From a plasmid: a DNA stretch of 64,000 nucleotides. The notes under the pieces were generated by a model. It did not search any database. It saw only the letters and a program-made list of their open reading frames with translations, and had not been told where the DNA came from. This document shows, piece by piece, positions 51,771-62,242 of this stretch (its first letter is position 1; the number at the start of each line of letters is the position of its first letter). The stretch is from sequence record NZ_CP044080.1, one strand, 5' to 3'. Both the position numbers and the translations under genes were made by a program.

Positions 51771-51865
51771 GATGGTTTCTCCGGTTTGATGGCATGAAGG
51801 GGGCGGCTACGGCGATGCCGCAGGCGCGTCGGATTCCGGGAGGTATGAAAAAGGGAGGGGCCGGC

Positions 51866-52975
51866 TCAGTGGAGCGTCGGCCCCTGTTCCAGATCGGCGG
51901 CGCGTTGCAGCATGCGGGCCGCGACCCGAAGGCTGGGCTGATGCTGCCGCAGGGAGGGATGGCAGAGGATCTCGCAGATCGCCTCGATGGAGGTCGCGGA
52001 CAGGTTGCGCTTTTCGCCCTCGCGGCGCACGAAGGCCGTCAGTTCGGCGAGGGTGAGATAACGCAGCCGGATCGGCGGGCAGCGGCTCAGCAGCGGTTCC
52101 GGCAGCAGCCGATAGTCGTTGGATGTCAGCACCCAGATCACCCAGCTCATGTCGAACTTCACCTGGTAATAGGGGCAGCTCCAGCGCTGCGCGGTCAGCG
52201 GCTCCAATAGCGGCAGCAGCGCCTCGGCCAGACCGAAGGCCTGCCCGCTCGTGGATGTGGCCCGACCGGCCTTTTCGATCTCGTCCACAATCATGACCGG
52301 ATTGGCGATGCGGCTTTGCAGGACGGTTTCGATCAGTCGACCGGGGTAGGACCCACCCCAGCCACGTTGCGAACCGACAATGCCGAATGAGGCATTCTCG
52401 CCGGTGGCCTCGATCACCGTGGTTGACGTGGCCAGAAGTTCGCCAAGACGGCGGGCATAGCGGCTTTTGCCAATGCCGGGCGGGCCGTCGAGCAGGAGCG
52501 GCGGCATCCGAAACCCCGGCCAGCCCTCGCGCACCGAGCGGCGCATCGCGTGCCAGACCACCTCGGTGGCCGGGGCCATCCAGGACATGTCCCCGTGCAG
52601 GCCCGCGGCCAGTTCGTCGGCGTGATGCTCGTTCCGGATCCGGATCAGCCGGGCGCCGTCTTTCAGAACTTCAAGCCGCTCGCGATCATCGCGCTTCAGA
52701 TGTTCGAGGCCGGAAGCCGCCTTGCGGCGCTCCAGGAGCCGTTTGACCCGGCGCTTGATGCGGGCCTCGTCGTCATCGCTGAACCTGATGATACCCATCA
52801 GATCCGCGTCCGAGATATTGCTTGGCGCGCCGGCTTCGTCGGGCGGGGCCGGAAGATCCGGAGGGATCCTCCTGCAGCGCAGCTTGCGCAGATGCCGCAT
52901 GAAGCGGGTTTCGAGTTCAATGCGGCCCTCGTTCGGGCTGAAGAAACGGGCTTCTATGAAGGGGATGGTAGACAT
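51866..52975 (-). CDS. Lon-family AAA+ ATPase module without a protease domain (369 aa), with a unique 140-aa N-terminal region
   Basis: GPPGIGKS, DEIEK, and a Lon-like sensor region that aligns block-by-block with the Lon ATPase core. Confidence 0.7.
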   Translation of the reverse strand: MSTIPFIEARFFSPNEGRIELETRFMRHLRKLRCRRIPPDLPAPPDEAGAPSNISDADLMGIIRFSDDDEARIKRRVKRLLERRKAASGLEHLKRDDRERLEVLKDGARLIRIRNEHHADELAAGLHGDMSWMAPATEVVWHAMRRSVREGWPGFRMPPLLLDGPPGIGKSRYARRLGELLATSTTVIEATGENASFGIVGSQRGWGGSYPGRLIETVLQSRIANPVMIVDEIEKAGRATSTSGQAFGLAEALLPLLEPLTAQRWSCPYYQVKFDMSWVIWVLTSNDYRLLPEPLLSRCPPIRLRYLTLAELTAFVRREGEKRNLSATSIEAICEILCHPSLRQHQPSLRVAARMLQRAADLEQGPTLH

Positions 52976-53050
52976 GGGATTACTCCGGACATGTGGGGAC
53001 TATCGGCTGGGAGGGGCCCGGCCGGGGAAGACGCGTTGGGAGAATGGCGA

Positions 53051-53839
53051 TCAGGCGCCGGGGAAGATCAGGCCGCGCAGCAGCAGTTCTGCCTCACCGC
53101 CCTCGGGCACCTCGTCGGGATAGCCGAGAGAGACGTTGACAACCGGCGCGCCGCGGATGCGGGCCGAGAGCGGCCGGTGGGTATGGCCGAAGAACCAGTA
53201 ATCAGGTCGGTGCGCCTCGATCCAGCCGTCAAGATCCGAGGCGAAGGCCGGACTGATGCCGGAGATCGGACCGGAGACCGCCGGGCTTGGGGCGTGATGG
53301 GTGATGACAATGGTCTGTCCGCGCCAGGGCTTGGCCATCTCCCGCGTCAGCCAGTCGAGGTGATCGCGGTGGATCTCGACGGTATCCTCGGGGCGGATGA
53401 GCCTGCCCTCCGCCCGGCAGATCCGGGCGTAGTCCAGCATCCCCATCCCGGCGTGGGCCATGGCCGCCTCCGGATCGCCGGTCAGTGCGAAGTCGGTCCA
53501 GAGCGTGCAGCACAGCAGGCGGCAGCTGCCGAAGGTCAAAACCTGCTTCTGGGCAAGGCTCGCCCCGGCCTCCGTTACGATCCGGACCAGAACATTGTCG
53601 TCGAGCGTGGCGCCGTAATAGTCATGGTTACCGGGAATGACCCAGATCCGGGCGGGCGAGACCAGCCGCCCGAGCCGGGACAGTGCCAGGGGCCAGCTCC
53701 GCCGCGGATCATTGGCCAAGTCGCCCGCGATGATCAGCGCGTCTAGGTCGCGCAGCACGGGCACGATGCCGGCGAATGGATCGCGCCCGGCGTCGGCCCA
53801 GAGGTCGAGATGCAGGTCGGCGGTGATCAGGATGTTCAT
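53051..53839 (-). CDS. Calcineurin-like metallophosphoesterase
   Basis: DLHLD, GDL, GNHDYY, GHTH motifs. Confidence 0.75.
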   Translation of the reverse strand: MNILITADLHLDLWADAGRDPFAGIVPVLRDLDALIIAGDLANDPRRSWPLALSRLGRLVSPARIWVIPGNHDYYGATLDDNVLVRIVTEAGASLAQKQVLTFGSCRLLCCTLWTDFALTGDPEAAMAHAGMGMLDYARICRAEGRLIRPEDTVEIHRDHLDWLTREMAKPWRGQTIVITHHAPSPAVSGPISGISPAFASDLDGWIEAHRPDYWFFGHTHRPLSARIRGAPVVNVSLGYPDEVPEGGEAELLLRGLIFPGA

Positions 53840-54071
53840 TGGATGCGCACCTCTGCGGCGAGAATGGGGTTGGGCGCACCGTGCCCGGCTATAGCGTGGC
53901 CGGCTTTGGCCGGCGGGATGATGGAGAGCGGAACAACAACCTGGTCGCGCGAATGTCCTGAAAGCATGGATATATCCCTTGAAAGCAGGCATGATGGATC
54001 GGAGCCGTGGCACGACATGCCCGGCGCTGTGCGGGTGAAAGCCGGAAGGACGATTCCGGTCCGTGGGTTGG

Positions 54072-54422
54072 TCAGAGGAACGAGGGTTTGCGCACCGAGG
54101 CCCCCGTCACGGCGCGCCAGTCGATCCCCTCGAACAGCGCATCGAACTGCACCTTGCTCAGCACCACCGGCCCGGCCTGCGGCTTCGGCCAGGTGAACCG
54201 CCCGCCGTTCAGGCGCTTCATGGTCAGCACCAGCCCGGTGCCGTCCCAGACCAGCAGTTTCAGCCGGTCGGCGCGACGGGAGCGAAACACGTAGATGGCG
54301 CCATCGAAGGGATCGAGCTCGAAATGGTTGGCGACATGCGCCGCCAACCCGTCCATCCCCTTGCGAAAATCGACCGGTTCGGAGGCGAGGAAAATGCGGT
54401 AACTGCCGGCGGGGGAAATCAC
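54072..54422 (-). CDS. IS66-family accessory protein TnpB (Orf2); orphan, no transposase gene follows
   Basis: VDFRKGMDGLA...KLLVWDGTG. Confidence 0.8.
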   Translation of the reverse strand: MISPAGSYRIFLASEPVDFRKGMDGLAAHVANHFELDPFDGAIYVFRSRRADRLKLLVWDGTGLVLTMKRLNGGRFTWPKPQAGPVVLSKVQFDALFEGIDWRAVTGASVRKPSFL

Positions 54423-55006
54423 TGCGAAGCCCTCAAGAGGGTAGGGCGTGGCCGGCAGGCATGCATCAGGCGAACAGTCCGAGCAAATTCCGAAAGCAGA
54501 CTTTCCAGCATCCTTGGGTCGATGGGCATATAGCCTGCGGCCTCGATCATGCCTATCTGGCTTGCGATGCCGTTCAAATGCGAGGGTGCCCGTGACCGTT
54601 GCTGGGCGAAGGGAAGTCCCAGACGGATCAAGCCCTGCAAGCTGCGGGCCCAGCCGTCGGATCGCTCAATCGCCAGCAGTCGCGGTGTCAACACGGAGCG
54701 GCACCCGAGGCGGGGATCATCCATCAGAACTCCCCAAAGCGCAGGAAACCCTTGCATGGAAAGGCAGGGCTGCCAGGCCTCAAGGACGATCGCGTGTGCG
54801 AGATCGTTGGGGCAGGGCGGGTCCGCGCAAAGCAAGGCAAGAATGCGCCCGAAATGCGTTTCGGTAATCGACTCGGGGGCTGTTGTGACCTTTGAGTGGC
54901 CTTGAAGGGATGGCGAAAGTTGCTCGGCAGCCGGAGCGCGTGAGTTGATAGAACAGGACAGCATCTTCAGCGGACCTTTCAGCATAACCTGCTGTTCAGG
55001 GAACAA
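54419..55006 (-). CDS. Hypothetical protein upstream of the IS66 tnpB
   Basis: ORF only. Confidence 0.25.
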   Translation of the reverse strand: MFPEQQVMLKGPLKMLSCSINSRAPAAEQLSPSLQGHSKVTTAPESITETHFGRILALLCADPPCPNDLAHAIVLEAWQPCLSMQGFPALWGVLMDDPRLGCRSVLTPRLLAIERSDGWARSLQGLIRLGLPFAQQRSRAPSHLNGIASQIGMIEAAGYMPIDPRMLESLLSEFARTVRLMHACRPRPTLLRASQ

Positions 55007-56169
55007 AGGTTCTCCGACGCAGCAGCGACGACATTGTAGCTGGCCAGCCAGTGCTCGGAGGCTATCGCTGGTCAGTGCCTAAGGTGTTGCTGAAATGTTC
55101 CCGCGGCGTCAATCGGGCCGAACGAGTATCGCAGTGGCCTCGGCCTCTGGTTGGAAGGGAAAGCGAGAAAGTCGGTCTTGACTGTAAGAGATTGAAATAT
55201 ACCAACATCGATCAGGTCGACGGTCCAATGGTAAACATTTGGCCAACCAATGGTCGCCGAAACGGGCCAAATGGCTTCTTTTTGGCCGTCGGTTCACAAA
55301 TGCCCATGATAGATCGGTATTGTCTGTGAATCAACCCATGAGTATCACGATAGAAATAATGAAGATTATGTAAATAACATTGCTTTGCACCTCTTCGTCT
55401 CAACTAACGAAGCGAGCATCATGCTGTGGAGCGACCCGCATTCTAGTATCAGCCTGGGCTGCCCGCAGCGCAATGGATTGTCATCGGCATCGGTGTAGTT
55501 CTGCCTGCTCTCCGGCTCGTCGATGTAGCCCGACCGGATGTGGTTCCCGTTAAACTCGATGGTGTCGCCGTGGATCATCGATCCGGGCCACTGAACGGTC
55601 TGGTCGCGCCATCGGAAGGAGGGCAGGACGATCGCGATCTGCCAGGGCGATCGGCGGATTTAGCGAGGGAAATAGCCCTCTGGCCCGCAGGCCGTTGCTC
55701 ATACAATTCGCAGCGTACTGCTCAGTCCCAAAAAGTCATCTTCGAGAGCGGCCCGTTTGCGACCTCGTTCTTTTACGCCTTAACGGAGGAAAGGCTGCCG
55801 CGATCTGCCTCGAGGCGTCACGCTCAGAAGATACTCAGCAATGCCCCTGAAATTTCAGGCATGCGCGGGATCGAGCCAGGCCCTCTGATCAGGCGGCCAT
55901 AGCCATGGTCGCAGGCACGGACCTCAACCGTATGCGGCGGCTGCGCCCCATTCGTCGCTTGCGCGCTCAGCGTGCTCTCGGCCACGTTCGAGAGATTCAG
56001 CGCGCCGAGATAGTCAGGCGGCGTATGTGAGTGCTGGCCGTAATCTCCCCAAAACGGCTGGATGAAAAATCCCCATTCCGGCGCTTTTGCCGATGATCCG
56101 GGGGGCATGCCCCCCGGATCATCGGAAGCGCAGAATTCCCCCTGCTGATGCCATGGGAAAGGCGCGCAG

Positions 56170-57428
56170 GTGGTTCGATTGAGGGAGATTGTGATGATCT
56201 TGGAGTTGAGGCGGCAAGGGCTTGGAGTCAGCGCGATTGCGCGACAGACCGGGCTCGATCGCAAGACGGTCCGGAAGTATCTCGCCCAGGGGCTCGAGGC
56301 GCCGGTCTATGGCCCGCGCGCCCGGGGTGAACGACTGGCGGAGCAATTCAGGGCCTATCTTTCCGAACGAGTCGAGGCCTTTTCGGGTCTCTCGGCGCGC
56401 AGGCTGCATCGAGAGGTCCGGGCGATGGCTATAAGGGCGCCTATTCCTCGCTGACGGAATATCTGCGGCTGATCCGGCCCGCCGCCCCAAGGCAATTCGA
56501 GCGGCGCTTCGAGACGGCGCCGGGCCAACAGGCGCAGGTCGATTTTGCCGAGTTCCAGGTGGAATTCGCCGTCGAGCCGGGCATCCTGCGCAAGGTCTGG
56601 CTGTTCAGCATGGTGCTCGGGCACAGCCGCTGGCTCTGGGGACGGTTCTGCCCGAACCAGACGCTGGAAACGGTGATGCGCTGCCACATCGCCGCATTCG
56701 ACGCCATGGGCGGGGTCTGTCGCGAGATACTCTATGATCGGATGAAGACCGCCGTCATCGGCGAAGATGCTGCGGGGGTGGTGACCTACAACGCGTCCCT
56801 GGTGGCCTTGCTGGGGCATTACGGTTCGGCGCCCCGGGCCTGCCAGCCCTACCGGGCCAAAACCAAGGGCAAGGTCGAGCGGCCCTTCCGCTATGTGCGG
56901 CAGGACTTCTTCCTCGGCCGCAGCTTCCAGGATCTCGACGATCTGAACGCCCAATTCGATGAATGGCGCCTGACCATCGCCAATCCCCGTCTGCATGCCA
57001 CGACCCAGAAGATCGTGGACGCGCATTTTGAGGAAGAACGCCCCCAGCTGCTGCCCCTGCCGCCCCGTCCCTATGAGGCGGTTCTGACCGTCGAGCGGCG
57101 GATCAGCCAGGAAGGCATGGTCGCCGTGGGCGGCAACCAATACAGCGTTCCCGACACCACCCGGCGGCGCATCGTCGAGGTCCAGAACCACCCTGCCGAG
57201 GTCAGGATCTTCGAGGATGGCGCATTGATCGCCAGCCACCCGGTGCTGGAAGGCAAGAACCAGCGCCGGGTCGATCCCAGCCATCGCAAGCCGGTCCTGA
57301 CCGCGCAGCGCGCCCTGCAACTGCCATCCGTGACCGAGGCTGCGGTCGCCCGCCGACCCTTGGCCTTCTACGAGGCAGTCGGCAGCGTTTGGCAGGCGCG
57401 CCGGAGCATCGCCCATGATCCCGGTCAT
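56170..57428 (+). pseudogene. istA: IS21-family transposase IstA, frameshifted (HTH part 56170-56454; core from 56559)
   Basis: The frame changes near 56420-56435 (...REVRA | GYKGAYSSLTEYL...); the C-terminus also reads through into istB. Confidence 0.7.
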
Positions 57429-58260
57429 CGAGAGGATCCGCCAGAGCCTGGTCTGCCTTCACATGGCCCGCGCCCTCGAGACGCTGGATCAGATCCTCAG
57501 CCGGCTGGAGAAAGGCGAGATCAGCGCCATCGAGGCCATCGACGAACTCCTGGCCGAGGAACTGAGCCTGCGCGAAGGTCGCCGCATCGGCGTTGCCCTG
57601 CGCACCGCCCGCCTGATGCCGATCAAGACGATGGAAAGCTTCGACTTCTCCTTCCAGCCGTCGCTTGACCGGAACCGCATCATGGCACTCGCTCAGCTCG
57701 AGTTCATCCGCCGTGCGGAGGTCCTGCACTTCCTCGGTCCGCCTGGGACGGGGAAATCCCACCTTGCCACAGCCATCGGCGTTGCCGCCGTGAAGGCCGG
57801 GCGAAGCGTCTATCGCTGCACCCTCGCAGAGCTGATCGAGGCCTTGGCCAAGGCCGAGCGAGAGGGACGTCTCCCCGAAAAAATCCGCTTCTATGCCCGG
57901 GCCTCCCTGCTGATCGTCGACGAGATCGGATACCTGCCCATCACCACGGGCGGGGCCAACCTGTTCTTCCAACTCGTCAATGCCCGCTATGAAAAGGGTG
58001 CCATGATCCTGACCTCCAATCGCGGCTTTGCCGAATGGGGCGAGATCTTCGGGGATCCCGTGGTCGCGACCGCACTTCTGGATCGGCTGCTGCATCACGC
58101 TGTCGTCATCCAGATCGAAGGGGCCAGCTACCGCCTGCGGGCGCATGCCGATCTGATCCCGGAACACACCCGCTCACATGCCGCAATCACTCCGCCGCCG
58201 CCGCCAAAGCGCCGTGGTCGGCCGCCCAGAAATGGAGGCGCCCATCACCTGCAAGGCTGA
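57415..58260 (+). CDS. istB: IS21-family ATPase IstB
   Basis: GPPGTGKSHLA, DEIGYLP. Confidence 0.85.
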   Translation: MIPVIERIRQSLVCLHMARALETLDQILSRLEKGEISAIEAIDELLAEELSLREGRRIGVALRTARLMPIKTMESFDFSFQPSLDRNRIMALAQLEFIRRAEVLHFLGPPGTGKSHLATAIGVAAVKAGRSVYRCTLAELIEALAKAEREGRLPEKIRFYARASLLIVDEIGYLPITTGGANLFFQLVNARYEKGAMILTSNRGFAEWGEIFGDPVVATALLDRLLHHAVVIQIEGASYRLRAHADLIPEHTRSHAAITPPPPPKRRGRPPRNGGAHHLQG

Positions 58261-58561
58261 TCGCCAAACCCGTAAAGTGGGGAATTTTGCGCCAGCACTT
58301 CTGGGGAAAGTTGATCCAGCATTTACAGACGAGGTCATTGTGAGGCGATGGTCTGCTTTGCATGGGCCCAAGGCATCAAGGCGTCGATGTCCTTGGCCAA
58401 GTGTCCGTAAGCAAGACGGGTGAACAGGTCGCGCAGGTAGGCGTAGGGTTCGACGCCGTTCATCTTGCAGGTGCCGATCAGGCTGACCTGTTGATTTCCA
58501 CCGAGACGTGACCCGGTTTTTCCACCGAGAACTGACCCACCTTGAGATTATGCGAAGTGGG

Positions 58562-58802
58562 TCATGGCTGGGTCAAGACATTGCTGGCCTCCTTCTTTTT
58601 TCGGGCGGCGGCTTCGATGCTGGCCTTGAAGCGGAAGCTGTCGTTTCCAGTTTCCAGGATGTGGCAGCGGTGGGTGAGGCGGTCGAGGAGCGCCGTGGTC
58701 ATCTTGGCGTCGCCGAAGACCGTGGCCCATTCGCTGAAGCTGAGATTGGTGGTGATGATGACGCTGGTGCGCTCGTAAAGCTTGCTCAGAAGATGGAAGA
58801 GC
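58562..58802 (-). pseudogene. istB: istB C-terminal fragment of the second IS21 element
   Basis: ...[18 protein letters not shown]...[12 protein letters not shown]. Confidence 0.7.
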
Positions 58803-58843
58803 TGAACCGCCCCGGGTTTACCGGAGAGTTTCTGGTTCAATGA

Positions 58844-59749
58844 TTAGGCTGCTTTTGCGGCGGCGTTCAAGCTTGTGTAGAATTCCTCCTCTGCTTCGTT
58901 CGGTGTGACGTAACCGATGGCGCTGTGCAGGCGCGTCTTGTTATACCAGTCGACCCACTTCAGGGTTTCCCACTCGACTTGACCCACGGATTTCCAAGGG
59001 CCGAGGAACTTGATGACCTCGGTCTTGAACAGGCCGATGATGCTTTCAGCCAGAGCGTTGTCATAGGAATCACCGACGCTGCCGACCGAGGTGTCGATGC
59101 CCGCCTCGGCCAGCCGCTCGGTATATCGGATCGAGAGATATTGGCTGCCCCGGTCGCTGTGATGGATCAGCTTGTCAGCCTCGGACGGCGCGCGCTGGCA
59201 GATGGCCTGATTCAGAGCGTCGAGGACGAAACCGGTGGTCATCGAAGTCGAGACGCGCCAGCCGACGATCTTGCGGGCGAAGACGTCGATCACGAAGGCC
59301 ACATAAACCATGCCCTGCCAACTTGAGACGTAGGTGAAATCGCTGACCCACAGCTGGTTCGGCATGTCTGCCACGAAGACCCGGTTCACCTTGTCGTCCG
59401 GACAGGGTTGGGCCGCATCGGGGTTGGTCGTGACGACCTTCTTGCCGCGCACAACGCCTTGCAACCCCATGACCTTCATCAGCCGCTCCACTGTGCAACG
59501 GGCGATGTCGCACCCTTCGCGGCGCAACTGGTGCCAAACCTTACGCGCGCCATATCGGCCTCTGCTGCCGTCGAATATCTGCTTGATGGCAGTCATGTCC
59601 TTCTGGTCCTGCCTGGCCCGATCCGATGCCAGGGTGGGATCACGCTCCACAGCCTTGAAACTGTAGAACGTCGATGGTGCGATCCCCAGAACCCGGCAGA
59701 TCGGCCCGACACCAAAGACGCCACGGTGATCGTCGAGAAACGCGATCAT
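58844..59749 (-). CDS. IS3 transposase OrfB
   Basis: Identical to copy 1. Confidence 0.85.
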   Translation of the reverse strand: MIAFLDDHRGVFGVGPICRVLGIAPSTFYSFKAVERDPTLASDRARQDQKDMTAIKQIFDGSRGRYGARKVWHQLRREGCDIARCTVERLMKVMGLQGVVRGKKVVTTNPDAAQPCPDDKVNRVFVADMPNQLWVSDFTYVSSWQGMVYVAFVIDVFARKIVGWRVSTSMTTGFVLDALNQAICQRAPSEADKLIHHSDRGSQYLSIRYTERLAEAGIDTSVGSVGDSYDNALAESIIGLFKTEVIKFLGPWKSVGQVEWETLKWVDWYNKTRLHSAIGYVTPNEAEEEFYTSLNAAAKAA

Positions 59750-60087
59750 TTGCGGAACGGGCGGTCGAGCTCCGCCGCAGCGAAATATGCGCTGGCCTTC
59801 TTCAGGATCTCATTGGCGGTGCGAAGCTCCCGCACCTCGCGTTCCAGTTCCTTGATCCGGTCCTTCTCCGCGCTCGTCAGCCCGCCGCGCTCTCCGCGGT
59901 CACGCTCCGCCTGCTGGCACCAGACGCGCAGACTGTCGGGAGAGCAGCCAAGCTTCGGCGCGATCGCCTTGTAGGCCGCACTGTCGCTGGCGTAGTCGCC
60001 GCGGTTCTCGCGGAAAAGCCGAACACCGCGTTCGCGCAGTTCGGCCGGATAGGCGGGGGTGAATCTTTGCTTCGTCATAGGGCTCAT
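59746..60087 (-). CDS. IS3 OrfA
   Basis: HTH transposase N-terminal part. Confidence 0.8.
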   Translation of the reverse strand: MSPMTKQRFTPAYPAELRERGVRLFRENRGDYASDSAAYKAIAPKLGCSPDSLRVWCQQAERDRGERGGLTSAEKDRIKELEREVRELRTANEILKKASAYFAAAELDRPFRK

Positions 60088-60128
60088 CCTTTGAGTGCTC
60101 TACTCTCCGGTAAACCCGGGGCGGTTCA

Positions 60129-60471
60129 TTCCGGTGCCGGGCCCACCGATCAGAACGATGTTCTGCGCCCCGTCCATGAACTCGCCACGATGGAGTTGGC
60201 GCACCGTGGCCTCGTTCATCTCGCAGTTCGAGAAGTCAAAGCCGGACAGATCCTTGTAGGCCGGGAAGCGTGCCGCCTTCATGTGATAAGCGATTGACCG
60301 GACTTCTCGTTCTGCCGTCTCGGCCTTCAACAACTGGGTCAGGACTGGCACTGCGGCTTCGAATGCCGGTGCGCCCTGTTCGATCAGGTCGGTCACCGCT
60401 TGTGCCATGCCATGCATCTTGAGGCTGCGGAGCATGATGATGACGGCGCCGCTGGCGGGATCATGACGCAT
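60129..60471 (-). pseudogene. istB: istB N-terminal fragment (ends at Walker A GGPGTG) of the second IS21 element
   Basis: MLRSLKMHGMAQA...LIGGPGTG, then the IS3 end. Confidence 0.65.
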
Positions 60472-61990
60472 GACGGCCTCCGGTTTTACGGGCGCGCAGA
60501 TCGTCGTAGCGCCCGACATTGGCCGTGGGCTCACGGCGCAGCAACAACGCCTGCGGTGTGTCGATCAGCGGCCCGTCATTGGTTTTGCCGTCGATCAGGC
60601 GGTGGAGAATGTTCAACACATGGGTCTTGGTAGCGACCCCTTCGGCCAGCGCCAGTTCTACGGCCGTCAGCACCGCCTGTTCGTCGTGATGCAGGACCAG
60701 CGCAAGGATATCGACCAGCTCGCGATCCCCACCGGGCCGCCGCAGCATCTGCTCCTGCAACTGCCTGAACCCTGTCGGCAGTTCAGCAAACGGTGCGCCA
60801 TTTCGAAGGGCACCGGGCTTGCGTTGAATAACGGCCAGATAATGCCGCCAGTCGTAGATCGTTCGTGGCAGTTGGTGAGAGCGATCAATATGACGCGTAT
60901 GCTCGCAAAGGATTTGCCCCTCTGCGGCGATGACAAGCCGGTCGGGATAAACACGCAGGCTGACAGGACGGTTCGCGAACGACGCCGGCACGCTGTATCG
61001 ATTGCGTTCGAAGCTGATCAGGCAGGTGGGTGAGACGCGCTTGCTTTGCTCGACGAAGCCGTCGAAGGCAGGTGGCACTGGCATCAGGGCGGCCTGCTCC
61101 TCGGCCCAGGTATCCGCAACGCTCCCGGCCAGGCGACCGTGCGGGATCTCTTGCCATATCTCTCTGCAGCGTCGCTCCAGCCAGGTGTTCAGCGTCGCGA
61201 GATCGGGGAAGTTCGGCATCGGTTGCCACAGGCGTGGCCGTGCATCTTGCACGTTCTTCTCGACCTGACCCTTCTCCCAACCTGCGGCGGGGTTGCAGAA
61301 CTCCGGCTCGAAGACGTAGTGGTTTGCCATGGCAAGGAAGCGCATGTTGACCTGACGCTCCTTGCCGCGCCCGATCCGATCCACGGCTGTCCGCATATTA
61401 TCGTAGATGCCCCGTTCCGGAACACCGCCGAGCACGCGGAAGCCGTGCCAATGGGCATCGAACAGCATCTCGTGGGTCTGAAGCAAATAGGCCCGCACAA
61501 GAAAGGCCCGGCTGTGCGACAGCTTGATATGGGCCACCTGCAGCTTCGTGCGCTCGCCGCCCAGGACGGCATAATCTTCGCTCCAGTCGAACTGGAAGGC
61601 TTCGCCCGGGCGGAAAGTCAGTGGCACGTAGCTGCCGCGTCCCGTGGTCTGTTGTTCGCGCTGACGGTCTTCGCGCCATGCCCGGGCAAAAGCCGCGACC
61701 CTGCCATATGAACCGGTGAAGCCGAGTGCTACGAGATCGGCGTGAATGCGCGTGAGCGGACGGCGCTGTTTGCGCGACTTCGACGTCTCGGTCTTCAGCC
61801 ACGCTGCAAGCTTGTCTGCGTAGGGATCGAGCTTGCTCGGGCGCTCCGGCACGACGAACTTCGGCTCAACCGTGCCAGCGTTAAGATACTTCTTGATGGT
61901 GTTGCGCGACAGACCAGTCCGGCGAGCAATCTCGCGGATCGGAAGCTTCTCTCGCAGCGCCATTCGGCGGATGACATTCAAAAGTCCCAT
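60461..61990 (-). CDS. istA: IS21-family transposase IstA (second element)
   Basis: HTH IREIARRTGLSRNTIKKYL followed by a DDE core. Confidence 0.8.
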   Translation of the reverse strand: MGLLNVIRRMALREKLPIREIARRTGLSRNTIKKYLNAGTVEPKFVVPERPSKLDPYADKLAAWLKTETSKSRKQRRPLTRIHADLVALGFTGSYGRVAAFARAWREDRQREQQTTGRGSYVPLTFRPGEAFQFDWSEDYAVLGGERTKLQVAHIKLSHSRAFLVRAYLLQTHEMLFDAHWHGFRVLGGVPERGIYDNMRTAVDRIGRGKERQVNMRFLAMANHYVFEPEFCNPAAGWEKGQVEKNVQDARPRLWQPMPNFPDLATLNTWLERRCREIWQEIPHGRLAGSVADTWAEEQAALMPVPPAFDGFVEQSKRVSPTCLISFERNRYSVPASFANRPVSLRVYPDRLVIAAEGQILCEHTRHIDRSHQLPRTIYDWRHYLAVIQRKPGALRNGAPFAELPTGFRQLQEQMLRRPGGDRELVDILALVLHHDEQAVLTAVELALAEGVATKTHVLNILHRLIDGKTNDGPLIDTPQALLLRREPTANVGRYDDLRARKTGGRHAS

Positions 61991-62242
61991 GTGGATCACT
62001 CCTTGGCCCCCCGTCGCTCGCCGCGTTGGGGGAAGGGTCACATGGGTCAACTCTCAATGGAAATTATCGCCCGAACCGGATCACGTCTCGGTGGAAATCA
62101 ACACAAATGGGGAACAGACTCGGCAATGCCTTGCAGAAAATCACCCTGATCGTGCTTTGGCAGAAGCTCGGACAGGTCCACGTTGGTCTTGGCCAGTGAA
62201 CACACGATTGCGGCTAGACCGGAGCCACAGACCCCTCCCCGA

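Larger units (their letters stand above)
58803..60128 (-). mobile_element. IS3-family IS, copy 2 (intact, 1326 bp)
   Basis: Same inverted repeats as copy 1; orfA 59746-60087 and orfB 58844-59749 with a frameshift window. Confidence 0.85.
58489..62103 (-). mobile_element. Second IS21-family element (minus strand), carrying IS3 copy 2 inside istB
   Basis: Terminal inverted repeats TGTTGATTTCCACCGAGACGTGA(C/T)CCGG at 58489 and 62103 (inverted), plus an internal sub-terminal direct repeat. Confidence 0.6.

Noticed and set aside
56355-57428. 357-aa minus-strand ORF
   Set aside because: Antisense to the istA core.
58489-58560. Tandem direct repeats TTTCCACCGAGA(CG/AC)TGACCC
   Set aside because: Interpreted as the multi-repeat terminal structure of the second IS21 element (the same motif occurs inverted at 62075-62103). 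Not an independent regulatory repeat.
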